DNA of 64,000 nucleotides, from positions 10,629 through 74,628 of the forward strand of contig JANLTJ010000051.1 of assembly GCA_031362885.1 (NCBI GenBank), written 5' to 3'. The stretch is from Betaproteobacteria bacterium (GTDB lineage Bacteria; Pseudomonadota; Gammaproteobacteria; Burkholderiales; JACQAP01). This document shows positions 29,918-40,210 of this stretch, piece after piece; position 1 is the first letter of the stretch; each line of letters starts with the position of its first letter. The notes under the pieces are model-generated. The model was not told where the DNA came from and did not search any database. It worked only from the letters and a program-made list of their open reading frames with translations. A program made the position numbers and the translations under genes.

Positions 29918-30691
29918 GTGTGCTGGGTGCTCAGGGTACGGCAAACTTCGCAGGGTCCGTCGCGAGCAGCGGGTAACCGCTTGGCGGTGGTCGTCGCGCT
30001 TTCGGCGGCGGCTCACGTATATTTCATTTACGGACTGCCGATTACGCCGGTTTCCGGCACGGGCGCGCGCGTGTCGATCATTCAGGCCCGTTTGCTGTCT
30101 CCGCCGCCTCTCCCCGGCCGGTTGCCCGATACCGCGCTGCCGCCTGACCCGTCGCAACCGGTTCGCGCAAGCCCGCCCTGGGCCGAACCGAAAGTCCCTG
30201 CGCCTGCGCAGCCGGTGGCGCAATCCGCTGCTGTCGAGCCTGCCCCGGCTGTACCAGCCGCCGGGGCCATCGATGTTGAGCCGCTTGCGTCGGACGGCAA
30301 TGAAACCGCCGGCGCGGCCCTTCCGGACCTGTTTCACTACCCGGCGAGCGATCTCGACGTCTATCCGCACCCCGTCGGCCAAATCACAGCCGCCTATCCT
30401 GCGATGGCCCGCGATGCGCAAGTCGCCGGCGCGGTGACGATGCTGGTACTGATTGACGAGGTTGGGCGCGTGCTAAGCACTTCGGTACTGGACGCCGATC
30501 CGGATGGGGTGTTCGAAGCCTTCGCTCAACAGGCACTGGCCGGCGCGGCCTTCTTCCCGGCCAGAAAAGACGGCCGCGCCGTGCGCAGCCGGATCGCGAT
30601 CAGGATCGAGTTTGATCCGGCGGGCGGTGATATCCAGCACGAACCCCGGGGTAGTGGCCACGGCGAAGTCTCCGGCCATGCTGCTCAATAA
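29918..30691 (+). CDS. TonB-family energy transducer (start uncertain)
   Basis: TM anchor with S..AH, Pro-rich linker, YP.MA, G.V...V.IDE.G.V, F.PA..DG. Confidence 0.8.
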   Translation: MCWVLRVRQTSQGPSRAAGNRLAVVVALSAAAHVYFIYGLPITPVSGTGARVSIIQARLLSPPPLPGRLPDTALPPDPSQPVRASPPWAEPKVPAPAQPVAQSAAVEPAPAVPAAGAIDVEPLASDGNETAGAALPDLFHYPASDLDVYPHPVGQITAAYPAMARDAQVAGAVTMLVLIDEVGRVLSTSVLDADPDGVFEAFAQQALAGAAFFPARKDGRAVRSRIAIRIEFDPAGGDIQHEPRGSGHGEVSGHAAQ

Positions 30692-31987
30692 TCAACGGGG
30701 TTTTGGCTGCAGGCCGCGTGGATACAAGATCCACATTTTCCCGGTTTGGCGCATTCGGCCGGCGGATTGCCCGGCGCTGTTGCCGAAACCCCAGAAGAAA
30801 TCGGCACGCACCGCACCCTTGATGGCCGTGCCGGTGTCCTGGGCGACGACCAGACGATTGAGCGGGCGCGAGGATAGGGGAAACGTGGTGGATAGAAAAA
30901 CCGGGGCGCCGAGCGGCGTCGTCAGTGCATCGACCGCGATGCTGCGCCCCGGCGTCAGAGGCACACCCAGCGCGCCAATCGGGCCGAGTGTCGAATTGGG
31001 CAGTTCGCGGAAAAAGACATAGGCCGGATTCTGTTGCAGCAATGGCGTAAGTTTGTCCGGGTTCTTCCCGGCCCAGTTCTTTATTCCCTGCATTGATGCC
31101 TTGTCGGCGGCGAGTTCGCCGCGCTCGATCAAGAGTTTGCCGATGGATCGGTAAGGATGGCCGTTGTGTTCCGCGAAACCGATGCGCACGGTTTCCCCGC
31201 CGGGCAACTGCACGCGCCCGGAACCCTGGATTTGCAGAAAGAACAGTTCGACCGGATCATCGACCCAAAGGATTTCGCGACCCCGAACCGGGGCCAGACC
31301 GCGCTCGATTTCCGACCGGGTGTAATACGGCACGACTTTCCCGTCCTGCAAGCGGCCGCGCAGCCGGATGCCCTTCAGGCTTGGGTTGCTCTGTTCCAGG
31401 TCGATGACCAGGAGATCGCGCGGCACGCCATATACCGGATAGCGGAAGCCACGGCTGGATTTTCGGCTGCCGTGCAGCAGGGGTTCGTAGTAGCCGGTAA
31501 CCAGGCCTTCGGTGCCGCCATCCGCGTCGCTCACCCGCCACGGGGCAAATGCCGATTCGAAGTACTGTCTTGCGGCCATGGAATCGCCCTTGCGCACTTG
31601 TTCCGCCGCCGTGCAAACCGTAGCCCACTCCGCCGTGTTGCCGAGCGTCGCGCAGGACTCCAGAAAGGCGGGCAGGGCTTCGGCAAGAAGGTCATGGTTC
31701 CAGTCAGGCAACGCGGCCCAGTCCTGCAACTCATAACCATGCCGGGGCGGCGGCAGTTCCGCTGCAATGGCCATCGCCGGTTCGGGCTCGGCCACCGCAG
31801 AGGGCTTGGACTCGGTCACCGGGGCCGGTTCGAGCGGCGGGGGCTGGGATGCAACGACAGCGGGTTCCGGAACTGCCGGTACTGGTAGCGTGATGCCGGG
31901 ATTGGGTACACTCACGCAACCGGCCGCGATTGCGAAGCACAGTGTCAACGCGAGCCTTCTTGCGTTCCCTGATCGGTAACGATGCAT
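30692..31987 (-). CDS. mltA: Membrane-bound lytic transglycosylase A (lipoprotein)
   Basis: Lipobox IAAGC, TGYYEP, LQIQGSG, AQDTGTAIKG..RAD.FWG. Confidence 0.93.
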   Translation of the reverse strand: MHRYRSGNARRLALTLCFAIAAGCVSVPNPGITLPVPAVPEPAVVASQPPPLEPAPVTESKPSAVAEPEPAMAIAAELPPPRHGYELQDWAALPDWNHDLLAEALPAFLESCATLGNTAEWATVCTAAEQVRKGDSMAARQYFESAFAPWRVSDADGGTEGLVTGYYEPLLHGSRKSSRGFRYPVYGVPRDLLVIDLEQSNPSLKGIRLRGRLQDGKVVPYYTRSEIERGLAPVRGREILWVDDPVELFFLQIQGSGRVQLPGGETVRIGFAEHNGHPYRSIGKLLIERGELAADKASMQGIKNWAGKNPDKLTPLLQQNPAYVFFRELPNSTLGPIGALGVPLTPGRSIAVDALTTPLGAPVFLSTTFPLSSRPLNRLVVAQDTGTAIKGAVRADFFWGFGNSAGQSAGRMRQTGKMWILYPRGLQPKPR

Positions 31988-32101
31988 GAACTTGTCGAGC
32001 TCCACAGTCTTCAATTCTGATTCCCATGCTGCAAGCTTCCGGACCGCGAGACGGGTGACTGGCCTTGCGCCGAATTCCGGCGGTGGCCCGGGTGCCGCAC
32101 C

Positions 32102-32203
32102 ATGATCTGGCTGATATTTGAAGGGCTGCTGGCCCTGACCCTGTTCCTGCTCATTGTGTGGTGGACGCTGCCGCGCAAGCGCAAGCGCGATCCGAAGGAA
32201 TAA
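32102..32203 (+). CDS. Small 33-aa single-pass membrane protein (absent from the ORF track)
   Basis: MIWLIFEGLLALTLFLLIVWWTLPRKRKRDPKE; fills the mltA-apaG gap; hydrophobic helix followed by a basic tail. Confidence 0.65.
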   Translation: MIWLIFEGLLALTLFLLIVWWTLPRKRKRDPKE

Positions 32204-32218
32204 TCCGGAAGGAATAGT

Positions 32219-32602
32219 TCAGTGCAGTACGCGCGGCGCGCTCAGGGTGAACCTGGGTATCGGGGCGTCGAAGGCCATGCCATCCTCCGCGATCATCCGA
32301 TAGCTGCCGTGCATCGTCCCCACCGGGGTCGCGATCGCGGCGGCGCTGGTATATTCATAGCGCTGCCGCGGTTTTAGCAGCGGCTGCTCGCCGACCACGC
32401 CTTGTCCACGTACCTCCTGAATGCCGTTTTCAGAATCGGTGATGATCCAGTGACGCGAAATCAGCCGGGCCGCAAGGCTGCCTGAATTGACAATGGTAAT
32501 GGTGTAGGCAAATACATAGCGGTTGCCGGATTCGTCGGACTGCCCGGGGATGTGCGTTGTCCGCGCGCTCACGGTGATGTCGTATTTTTTCTTCTCGGAC
32601 AT
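32219..32602 (-). CDS. apaG: ApaG protein
   Basis: YVFAYTITI.N, LISRHWIITD, GQGVVGEQP, GTMHGSY. Confidence 0.95.
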   Translation of the reverse strand: MSEKKKYDITVSARTTHIPGQSDESGNRYVFAYTITIVNSGSLAARLISRHWIITDSENGIQEVRGQGVVGEQPLLKPRQRYEYTSAAAIATPVGTMHGSYRMIAEDGMAFDAPIPRFTLSAPRVLH

Positions 32603-32706
32603 TTGTTTTCCATTGAACCTCGCCCGCATTTGACCTGATTCGCCGGCGAGCGGCAAGACCAGTAACGGTACAATGCGGCCGTCCACGATGAGTCAAAACC
32701 CTGCCC

Positions 32707-33372
32707 ATGTACCGCATCGCCCCCAGCATTCTTTCCGCCAATTTCGCCAGACTCGGTGAAGAAGTGCAGTCCGTGATCGCCGCCGGCGCCGACTGGGTGC
32801 ATTTTGATGTCATGGACAATCACTACGTCCCCAATCTTACTATCGGTCCGATAGTGTGCGAAGCCATCCGGCCGCTGACCCAAGCGTTGATCGATGTGCA
32901 TCTGATGGTTAAGCCGGTTGACCGCATCATTCCGGATTTCGCCAGGGCCGGGGCCAATATCATCAGTTTTCATCCGGAAGCCTCCGATCACGTCGATCGC
33001 ACTATTGCTCTGATTCATGATTCCGGGTGCAAAGCGGGCATGGTTTTCAATCCCGCCACGCCGCTGACCTGGCTGGACCACACGCTCCACAAGTTGGACC
33101 TGATTCTGATCATGTCCGTCAACCCCGGATTCGGCGGCCAGAAGTTCATTCCCGGTGCGCTGGAAAAATTGCGCTCGGTGCGCGAACGCATCGAACGATC
33201 CGGCAGGAGTATCTGGCTCGAAGTCGATGGCGGTGTGAAGGTCGACAATATTGCCGAGATTGCACGCGCTGGCGCGGATACGTTTGTCGCCGGCTCGGCG
33301 ATCTTCGGCACCAAGGATTACAAGGCTACGGTTGCTGCCATGCGCGCCGAGCTGTCGCAGGCAAAGTCTTAG
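32707..33372 (+). CDS. rpe: Ribulose-phosphate 3-epimerase
   Basis: [37 protein letters not shown]. Confidence 0.97.
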   Translation: MYRIAPSILSANFARLGEEVQSVIAAGADWVHFDVMDNHYVPNLTIGPIVCEAIRPLTQALIDVHLMVKPVDRIIPDFARAGANIISFHPEASDHVDRTIALIHDSGCKAGMVFNPATPLTWLDHTLHKLDLILIMSVNPGFGGQKFIPGALEKLRSVRERIERSGRSIWLEVDGGVKVDNIAEIARAGADTFVAGSAIFGTKDYKATVAAMRAELSQAKS

Positions 33373-33381
33373 CTCGTACGC

Positions 33382-34068
33382 TTGAAGTTTCCAATCGAGA
33401 TCAAGGCGCTCGCCTTCGACTTGGACGGCACCCTGGTCGAAACCTTGCCGGATTTGCACGAGGCCGCCGTGCGCATGCTCGCGGACATCGGCCGGCCCGC
33501 CGTCAGTGTCGATATCGTGCGCACTTATATTGGTCACGGCGTTGACCGGTTGATCGGAAAACTGCTGACCGGCACAGCGGATGGCGATGCCGATCCGGCC
33601 CTGTTCGAGCCCGCCGCGCAAGCCTTCCGCCGCCATTACGCCAGCGTGCTCACGCGCGCCTCGCATCCCTATGCCGGCGTGGTTGCCACGTTGACGTTGC
33701 TGCGCGCACGTGGATTCAAGCTCGCCTGCGTGACCAACAAACCGGCGCGCTTTACCGAACCGCTGCTTGAGGGTTTGGGGCTCACACCGCTGCTGGACCT
33801 GATTCTAAGTGGCGACAGCCTGCCACGCAAAAAACCGGACGCTCTGCCGCTATTGCATTGCGCGCGAGCTTTCGGCATCGATTCTGGGCATCTGCTCATG
33901 GTCGGGGACTCTCCAACGGACACCGGATCGGCGCGTGCCGCCGGTTGTCCGGTGTTCTGTGTGCCTTACGGCTACCGCGGCGCGCTTACGGTGCAGGAGC
34001 TGGATTGCGATGCTATAGTAGCCACGCTTTCTGACTTGCCGGATCTGATTAAACTGCCGCATTCATGA
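33382..34068 (+). CDS. gph: Phosphoglycolate phosphatase (HAD)
   Basis: FDLDGTL, VTNK, KKPD, MVGDS; rpe-gph-trpE order. Confidence 0.9.
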   Translation: MKFPIEIKALAFDLDGTLVETLPDLHEAAVRMLADIGRPAVSVDIVRTYIGHGVDRLIGKLLTGTADGDADPALFEPAAQAFRRHYASVLTRASHPYAGVVATLTLLRARGFKLACVTNKPARFTEPLLEGLGLTPLLDLILSGDSLPRKKPDALPLLHCARAFGIDSGHLLMVGDSPTDTGSARAAGCPVFCVPYGYRGALTVQELDCDAIVATLSDLPDLIKLPHS

Positions 34069-34154
34069 ACTCGTCGAAACTTGAAAATCCGGGAATGGAA
34101 ATTCGGGCCGCTTGGCGCTGCTGGCGCCAATCCGCGTCCTGGCGCTGCCGCTAA
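34065..34154 (+). CDS. Putative trp leader peptide (29 aa, 3 Trp)
   Basis: [29 protein letters not shown]; ATG overlaps the gph stop; a hairpin encloses the stop codon; directly upstream of trpE. Confidence 0.7.
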   Translation: MNSSKLENPGMEIRAAWRCWRQSASWRCR

Positions 34155-34201
34155 GGCAGCGCAGTTTCCAGACCCCGTTTCACTGTTTTCGAAAGTTCAT
34201 C

Positions 34202-35677
34202 ATGACCGAGCAGGAATTCACGCAACTCGCCGCGCAGGGCTTTAACCGCATTCCAGTGGTGCTGGAAACCTTCGCGGATCTCGACACCCCGCTGTCCGTT
34301 TATCTCAAGCTCGCCAATAAGCCTTACTCCTATCTGCTCGAATCGGTGCAGGGTGGCGAGCGCTTCGGGCGCTATTCCTTCATTGGCCTTCCAGCCGAAA
34401 CCCGGTTTGAAGTGCGCGGCACGACGTGCAGCGAATACCGGCGCGGCGAGCTCGTCAGTCGCGTCGAGCACGCGGACCCGCTGGCCTACGTCGCCGCCTG
34501 TCACGCGCGCATCAGGGCCGTCGCGCTGCCCAAACTGCCGCGCTTTCTGGGTGGACTGGTCGGTTGTTTCGGTTACGACACGGTGCGCTACGTCGAGAAG
34601 AAACTCGCCCGCGCCGGCAAACCCGACTCCCTCGGCACGCCGGACATCTTGTTGCTGCTGTCGGAACAGCTGGTCGTGCTCGATAACCTGTCTGGCAAAC
34701 TGTTTCTCGTGGTTTATGCCGACCCCGGAACGGCGCAAGCCTATGTGCACGCGCAACAGCGTTTGCAGGAGTTGCTGGGGATGCTGCGCCAGCCAGTCGT
34801 CGTTCCGCCGGAAACACCGGTCATGCCGACCACGCCCCAAAACGAGTTCAGCCGTGAGGCCTTCATCGCTGCGGTCGAGCGCGCCAAGCGCTACATTTTC
34901 GATGGCGATATCATGCAGGTTGTCCTGTCGCAGCGCATGAGTCTGGCATTTCACGCCGCACCTCTGTCGCTGTACCGCGCGCTGCGCGCGCTCAATCCCT
35001 CGCCTTATATGTTTTACTTCGACATGGCGGATTTCCACGTCGTGGGCGCATCGCCGGAAATTCTGGTGCGCCTGGAAAGCGGCCAGGTCACGGTACGCCC
35101 GATCGCCGGCACGCGCCCGCGCGGTGAGACGCGCGAGCAGGACCTGGCACTGGAGCAGGAGTTGCTGGCCGACCCCAAGGAGCGCGCCGAGCATGTCATG
35201 CTGATGGATCTTGGGCGCAACGACATCGGGCGCGTCGCCGCAACCGGCAGCGTGCGCGTGACCGAGAACATGAGCATCGAGCGCTATTCGCATGTGATGC
35301 ACATCGTCTCCAATGTCGAAGCGCGGCTGAAACCCGGGCTCGACGCCATGGCGGTGCTGAAAGCCACATTTCCCGCCGGGACGGTCAGCGGCGCGCCCAA
35401 GGTGCGTGCCATGGAAATCATCGACGAACTCGAACCGGTGAAGCGCGGCATATATGCCGGCGCGGTCGGCTATCTCGGCTTTAACGGCGACATGGACCTC
35501 GCCATTGCCATTCGCACCGCGGTGGTGAAAGACGGCACGCTGTACGTGCAGGCGGGCGCGGGCATCGTCGCCGACTCGGTGCCGGAGAGCGAATGGACCG
35601 AAACGCAAAACAAGGCGCGTGCCTTGCTGCGCGCCGCGGAAATGGCACAAGCCGGCCTTAACAGCGGCATTCGCTAG
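34202..35677 (+). CDS. trpE: Anthranilate synthase component I
   Basis: [48 protein letters not shown]. Confidence 0.96.
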   Translation: MTEQEFTQLAAQGFNRIPVVLETFADLDTPLSVYLKLANKPYSYLLESVQGGERFGRYSFIGLPAETRFEVRGTTCSEYRRGELVSRVEHADPLAYVAACHARIRAVALPKLPRFLGGLVGCFGYDTVRYVEKKLARAGKPDSLGTPDILLLLSEQLVVLDNLSGKLFLVVYADPGTAQAYVHAQQRLQELLGMLRQPVVVPPETPVMPTTPQNEFSREAFIAAVERAKRYIFDGDIMQVVLSQRMSLAFHAAPLSLYRALRALNPSPYMFYFDMADFHVVGASPEILVRLESGQVTVRPIAGTRPRGETREQDLALEQELLADPKERAEHVMLMDLGRNDIGRVAATGSVRVTENMSIERYSHVMHIVSNVEARLKPGLDAMAVLKATFPAGTVSGAPKVRAMEIIDELEPVKRGIYAGAVGYLGFNGDMDLAIAIRTAVVKDGTLYVQAGAGIVADSVPESEWTETQNKARALLRAAEMAQAGLNSGIR

Positions 35678-35687
35678 GAACAATCTC

Positions 35688-36260
35688 ATGCTGCTGATGA
35701 TCGACAACTATGATTCCTTCACCTACAACCTGGTGCAATATCTGGGCGAGCTGGGCGAAGAGGTCCGGGTTCACCGCAACGACGAGATCACCCTGGAGCA
35801 GATCGAAGTTCTGCATCCGGCAAGGATCGTCATCTCTCCCGGGCCCTGTACGCCCAACGAGGCCGGCATTTCCGTGCCGCTGATCCGCCGGTTCGCCGGG
35901 AAAATTCCACTGCTGGGCGTGTGCCTCGGCCACCAGAGCATCGGCCAGGCCTTCGGCGGGCGCGTCGTGCACGCGAAACAAGTCATGCACGGCAAGGTTT
36001 CCCGGATCAGTCATGGCAACACCGGGGTCTTCCGCGGTCTGCCCGATCCGTTCACGGCCACGCGTTACCACTCGCTCGTGATCGAGCGGGCGTCGTTGCC
36101 GGATTGTCTTGACGTGACGGCCTGGACCGATGACGGCGAAATCATGGGCGTGCGCCACAAGGAGCTTGCCGTTGAGGGCGTACAGTTTCACCCCGAGTCC
36201 GTCCTGACCGAGTGTGGCCACGACTTGCTGGCCAACTTTCTTGCCGGAGCGCGAGCATGA
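35688..36260 (+). CDS. trpG: Anthranilate synthase component II (glutamine amidotransferase)
   Basis: [30 protein letters not shown]. Confidence 0.93.
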   Translation: MLLMIDNYDSFTYNLVQYLGELGEEVRVHRNDEITLEQIEVLHPARIVISPGPCTPNEAGISVPLIRRFAGKIPLLGVCLGHQSIGQAFGGRVVHAKQVMHGKVSRISHGNTGVFRGLPDPFTATRYHSLVIERASLPDCLDVTAWTDDGEIMGVRHKELAVEGVQFHPESVLTECGHDLLANFLAGARA

Positions 36261-37285
36261 CCCCGCAGGAAGCCCTGGCCCGGGTTATCGAGCACCGGGA
36301 GATTTTTCACGATGAGATGCTCTCGCTCATGCGCCAGATCATGGGTGGCGAGCTGTCGCCCACGCTGATCGCCGCCCTTATCATGGGCCTGCGCGTAAAA
36401 AAGGAAACTATCGGCGAAATCGCCGCCGCAGCGCAGGTGATGCGCGAGTTCTCGACCCGCGTGGAAGTCGCCGACCCTGCGCATCTGCTCGATACCTGCG
36501 GCACCGGTGGTGACAGCGCGCATACCTTCAACATTTCCACCGCCTCGGTTTTCGTGGCCGCCGCCGCCGGCGCCAGGGTGGCCAAGCACGGCGGGCGTTC
36601 GGTATCCAGCAAGTCCGGCAGCGCGGATATCCTCGAAGCGCTGGGCGCGAACCTCAATCTCACACCCGCCCAAGTGGCGCAGTGTATTAACGAAACCGGC
36701 GTCGGGTTCATGTTCGCGCCCAATCATCACAGCGCCATGAAGCATGCGGCGCCGGTCCGCCGGGAACTGGGCGTGCGCACCTTGTTCAATATACTGGGGC
36801 CGCTGACCAATCCGGCCGGGGCTGGCAATCAACTGATCGGCGTGTTCCATCGCGATCTGGTCGGCATACTGACGCGGGTGCTGCAGCGTCTTGGCAGCCG
36901 GCATGTCATGGTGGTGCACGGCGAGGAAGGTCTGGACGAGATTTCCATTTCCAGCACCACTTTGGTTGGCGAACTCCTGAACGGGGAAGTCCGCGAATAC
37001 ACCATCAGCCCGGAACAATTCGGCCTGCGCACGGGCACGCTGTCTGACATCCAGGTCAAGGACGGCGGCGAATCGAAAGCCATGATGCTGGCGGCGCTTT
37101 CCAATCGGCCCGGACCTGCGCGGGACATCCTGGCCCTCAATGCGGGCGCGGCTGTTTATGTTGCCGGGCGTTCAGATAGCCATCATGCCGGGGTCCAAAA
37201 GGCGCTTGCAGTGCTGGCAAGTGGCGCCGCGAAAACAAAGCTCGATCAGTTTGTGGCCTTGACGCAATCGTTTAAGGCGCCCTGA
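36257..37285 (+). CDS. trpD: Anthranilate phosphoribosyltransferase
   Basis: [37 protein letters not shown]. Confidence 0.96.
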   Translation: MTPQEALARVIEHREIFHDEMLSLMRQIMGGELSPTLIAALIMGLRVKKETIGEIAAAAQVMREFSTRVEVADPAHLLDTCGTGGDSAHTFNISTASVFVAAAAGARVAKHGGRSVSSKSGSADILEALGANLNLTPAQVAQCINETGVGFMFAPNHHSAMKHAAPVRRELGVRTLFNILGPLTNPAGAGNQLIGVFHRDLVGILTRVLQRLGSRHVMVVHGEEGLDEISISSTTLVGELLNGEVREYTISPEQFGLRTGTLSDIQVKDGGESKAMMLAALSNRPGPARDILALNAGAAVYVAGRSDSHHAGVQKALAVLASGAAKTKLDQFVALTQSFKAP

Positions 37286-37290
37286 AGGCC

Positions 37291-38106
37291 ATGACCGACA
37301 TCCTGGAGAAAATCCTCTCGGTCAAACGCAACGAAGTCGCTGCGGCGTTGCGGAAACGTTCCCTTGCCGAGATTCGCGCGGACGCGAAGAGAGCGGCCAA
37401 GCCCAGGGACTTTCTCGGCGCATTGCGCCTGAAAATTCAGAGTGGATTGCCGGCCGTGATTGCCGAAGTGAAGAAAGCGAGCCCGAGCAAGGGCGTGCTG
37501 CGCGAAGACTTCGATCCCGTGGCAATTGGCAGGTCTTATGCGGAACACGGCGCGGCCTGCCTGTCGGTGCTGACCGACGAATCATTTTTTCAGGGCCACC
37601 GCGATTACCTGAGGCAGGCGCGGGACGCCAGCGCGCTGCCGGTCCTGCGCAAAGATTTTATCGTCGATCCCTATCAGATCCATGAGGCTCGCGCGATGGA
37701 CGCGGACGGCATTCTTCTGATCGTCGCGGCGCTGGATCAGAATGCACTGGTGGAGCTGGAGCGTCTCGCTTTCGAACTCGGGATGGCAGTACTGGTGGAA
37801 GTACATGATCGGCAAGAGCTCGAACGCGCATTGCGTCTTCAGACTCCGCTGATCGGCATTAACAATCGCAACCTGCGGACCTTCGAAACCCGGCTGGAAA
37901 CCACGTTGGACCTGCTTGAACGGGTCCCCGGGGGAAAACTGGTCGTGACCGAAAGCGGAATCCTTGCGCCTGCCGATGTCGAGCGTATGCGTTGCGCCGG
38001 CGTGCAGGCTTTTCTGGTGGGAGAAGCGTTCATGCGCGCGCCAGATCCCGGCAAGGCGCTTTCAACGCTGTTCCGCCTGCCGGTCAACGTGGTTGGAAAT
38101 CCATAA
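37291..38106 (+). CDS. trpC: Indole-3-glycerol phosphate synthase
   Basis: [34 protein letters not shown]. Confidence 0.96.
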   Translation: MTDILEKILSVKRNEVAAALRKRSLAEIRADAKRAAKPRDFLGALRLKIQSGLPAVIAEVKKASPSKGVLREDFDPVAIGRSYAEHGAACLSVLTDESFFQGHRDYLRQARDASALPVLRKDFIVDPYQIHEARAMDADGILLIVAALDQNALVELERLAFELGMAVLVEVHDRQELERALRLQTPLIGINNRNLRTFETRLETTLDLLERVPGGKLVVTESGILAPADVERMRCAGVQAFLVGEAFMRAPDPGKALSTLFRLPVNVVGNP

Positions 38107-38204
38107 CCAAGTTTTCGAGAAATCCGTTGAGTTTTCCTGGGTAACTTCATGTTTCACAGGAAAAATGACCAATAAGGTTTAGAGAACCAGAATGCTGCAA
38201 CGCA

Positions 38205-38291
38205 GTGTTGCAAAAATGCAACACCAGCACCAGAAACCACGCTGTCAACGAGAGAAATTGCTTGCCCCCCGGTGTGGCGCTTTGGCAGAAT
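38205..38291 (+). promoter_or_regulatory. Porin promoter: palindromic operator plus sigma70-like -35/extended -10
   Basis: GTGTTGCA-AAAA-TGCAACAC (38205-38224); TTGCCC-18 bp-CAGAAT with TG extension. Confidence 0.5.
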
Positions 38292-38423
38292 CCGGCCAGC
38301 TTCTTTCTTTCCCGGGAGAGGTTAATTCAGAGGCGCACAAAACAGACATCAATCGTGGCGCCGTATGGGGAGGGCGAGTTAACGCGCCCGACCGGTTCAA
38401 GACAAACCAAACTAGGAGATCGC

Positions 38424-39491
38424 ATGAAACAGAGTCTTATTGCCCTTGCAGTGGCTGGCGCGTTCGCGGCACCGGCTGCCATGGCGGCAGCTACAATTGG
38501 CGGCGAAATTGACGTCGCCTACCAGAATTTCAACAACGGCACCAACAGCGGCCTGCAGGCAAACGATACCCACAGCCGTTGGTGGATGGATGCCACCGAT
38601 GATATCGGCGGCGGACTGTCCGTGGTCGGGCACTTTGAAATCGACCAGGGCGTGTCGAACCCGCGCGGCTTGAACAATCGTAACAGCTTCATCGGCCTGA
38701 AGGGTGACTTCGGCTTGGTGAAGATCGGTACCGAGGAAGGTATTTACGAGCAACTCGGCTACCAGGTTGACCCCTATCACGGCGCTGCCGGTCCCGCCGG
38801 AAACATCGTCAACGGTCTTGGTCAGGCAGGCGCTCCCGCAGCGGGCCTGAATGCCCTTTGCGGCGGAACCAACCCCGGCTGCGTGCGTCTGGGCAACACG
38901 CTGTCCTATGTCTCGCCGAATATCAGCGGTTTGAACTTCAAGGTGGACTTCAGCAATTTCGGACCAGCCCCCACCGGCGGCCAAAAGGCGTCCGTCATAC
39001 AAGCCGGCGCTTATTGGGGCGGTAACGTCGCCGAAGGCGTTGGCCTGCGCGTTTCGGGAGGCATGTTTACCGGCAAGCAGTTCGGCGGCCAAGATAAGGT
39101 CAACGGCACCCGCGCCACGATTGGCGGCACCGTCGCAGGCTTCTCTCTCGATTTGTTGATCGAGCAGAACAAGTGGACAGACCCAGGTATCGTAGTCAAA
39201 GCCAACCATATGTGGTTGACGGGTTCCTATGCCCTGCCCACAGGTTCGCTCGCGTTTAACGTCGCCAAGCTGGGCAAGACCAAGGTCAACGGCACGGAAC
39301 TTCAGAATACGGATGGCACTCACATGGGCGTGGGCTATTACCACACCCTGTCGAAGGCCAGCTCCGCCTACGTCATTTATTCCGCGCTGAAAAACAAGGA
39401 AGCTGCCCAGTTTAATATGCAGGATGGCGCAACTGCTTCAGTTGGCAAGGATCCGTCCTCCATCAGCGTCGGTCTTTACACCGTATTCTGA
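38424..39491 (+). CDS. Betaproteobacterial-type general porin
   Basis: MKQSLIALAV signal, DDIGGGL, R.SFIGLKGDFG.V.IG, Y.SP, YHTLSK, C-terminal F; AGGAG SD. Confidence 0.9.
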   Translation: MKQSLIALAVAGAFAAPAAMAAATIGGEIDVAYQNFNNGTNSGLQANDTHSRWWMDATDDIGGGLSVVGHFEIDQGVSNPRGLNNRNSFIGLKGDFGLVKIGTEEGIYEQLGYQVDPYHGAAGPAGNIVNGLGQAGAPAAGLNALCGGTNPGCVRLGNTLSYVSPNISGLNFKVDFSNFGPAPTGGQKASVIQAGAYWGGNVAEGVGLRVSGGMFTGKQFGGQDKVNGTRATIGGTVAGFSLDLLIEQNKWTDPGIVVKANHMWLTGSYALPTGSLAFNVAKLGKTKVNGTELQNTDGTHMGVGYYHTLSKASSAYVIYSALKNKEAAQFNMQDGATASVGKDPSSISVGLYTVF

Positions 39492-39531
39492 TCGCAAGCG
39501 ATATTCGCGATCGGAAAACAGCAGTACTTCG

Positions 39532-39561
39532 AACGGGCGCCTTCGGGCGCCCGTTTTTTTT
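39532..39561 (+). terminator. Intrinsic terminator of the porin gene
   Basis: AACGGGCGCC-TTCG-GGCGCCCGTT followed by a T run. Confidence 0.9.
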
Positions 39562-39569
39562 GCCGCCTT

Positions 39570-39602
39570 GATCTGATCAGATCATGATCTGATCGAATGA
39601 TC
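39570..39602. repeat. GATC cluster with a 20-bp perfect palindrome
   Basis: Six GATC in 33 bp; GATCAGATCATGATCTGATC at 39575-39594. Confidence 0.7.
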
Positions 39603-39732
39603 ATCAGTTCACTGAACGGCGCCAGACTCGGGAAGGTGATTGCCTATAAGCTGAAAATCCGACCGCGCCTGTCTGTTTCCCCGAACTGGCCTATAGACGT
39701 ACTGATTTAAAACCGACACGTATACTCGTCTG

Positions 39733-39987
39733 ATGCAAGCATTCACCTTGTCCGCACACGCAGAGGTCGCGATCGTCTCGCGTTCCATCCCGATCGAATG
39801 GGTAGAGCGAGTTGTTTCAGACCCTGACAAGAAAGAGCGCGATATGGATGATCCAAATCTCACGCATGCATTGAAGCGGATCCCAGAACACGAGGAACGG
39901 GTATTGCGAGACGTCTATAATGAGTCGGCCAACCCCATCAGAATCGTGACAGCCTACTTCGACCGAACGATGCGGAACAAACTATGA
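39733..39987 (+). CDS. DUF4258-like putative toxin
   Basis: LSAHA....SRSIP.EWVE.V...PD, RVLR..Y, IVTAYFDR; ATGA coupling to the next gene. Confidence 0.7.
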   Translation: MQAFTLSAHAEVAIVSRSIPIEWVERVVSDPDKKERDMDDPNLTHALKRIPEHEERVLRDVYNESANPIRIVTAYFDRTMRNKL

Positions 39988-40205
39988 AAGTCCACTTTGA
40001 TCAGAAGTCCGACGCGTTGTATTTCCGTCTTGACGATTCGGAAATCATCGAATCAGAAGAGGTAAAGCCTGGAATTATTCTCGATTTCAACGGCCGGAAC
40101 GAAGTGGTCGGGGTGGAAATCTTGAACGTCAAGAAGCGAGTGCTGAAGCGAGTCTCAGAAAAATGGATTTCGAATTCGTATAGCTCCGAGCCTCTTGCGA
40201 TCTGA
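39984..40205 (+). CDS. DUF2283-like putative antitoxin
   Basis: MKVHFD..SDALYFRL, ESEEV.PGIILDF, VVGVEILN. Confidence 0.8.
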   Translation: MKVHFDQKSDALYFRLDDSEIIESEEVKPGIILDFNGRNEVVGVEILNVKKRVLKRVSEKWISNSYSSEPLAI

Positions 40206-40210
40206 ACATT

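Noticed and set aside
34151-35707. 518-aa minus-strand ORF
   Set aside because: Codon-register antisense shadow of trpE, common in GC-rich DNA.
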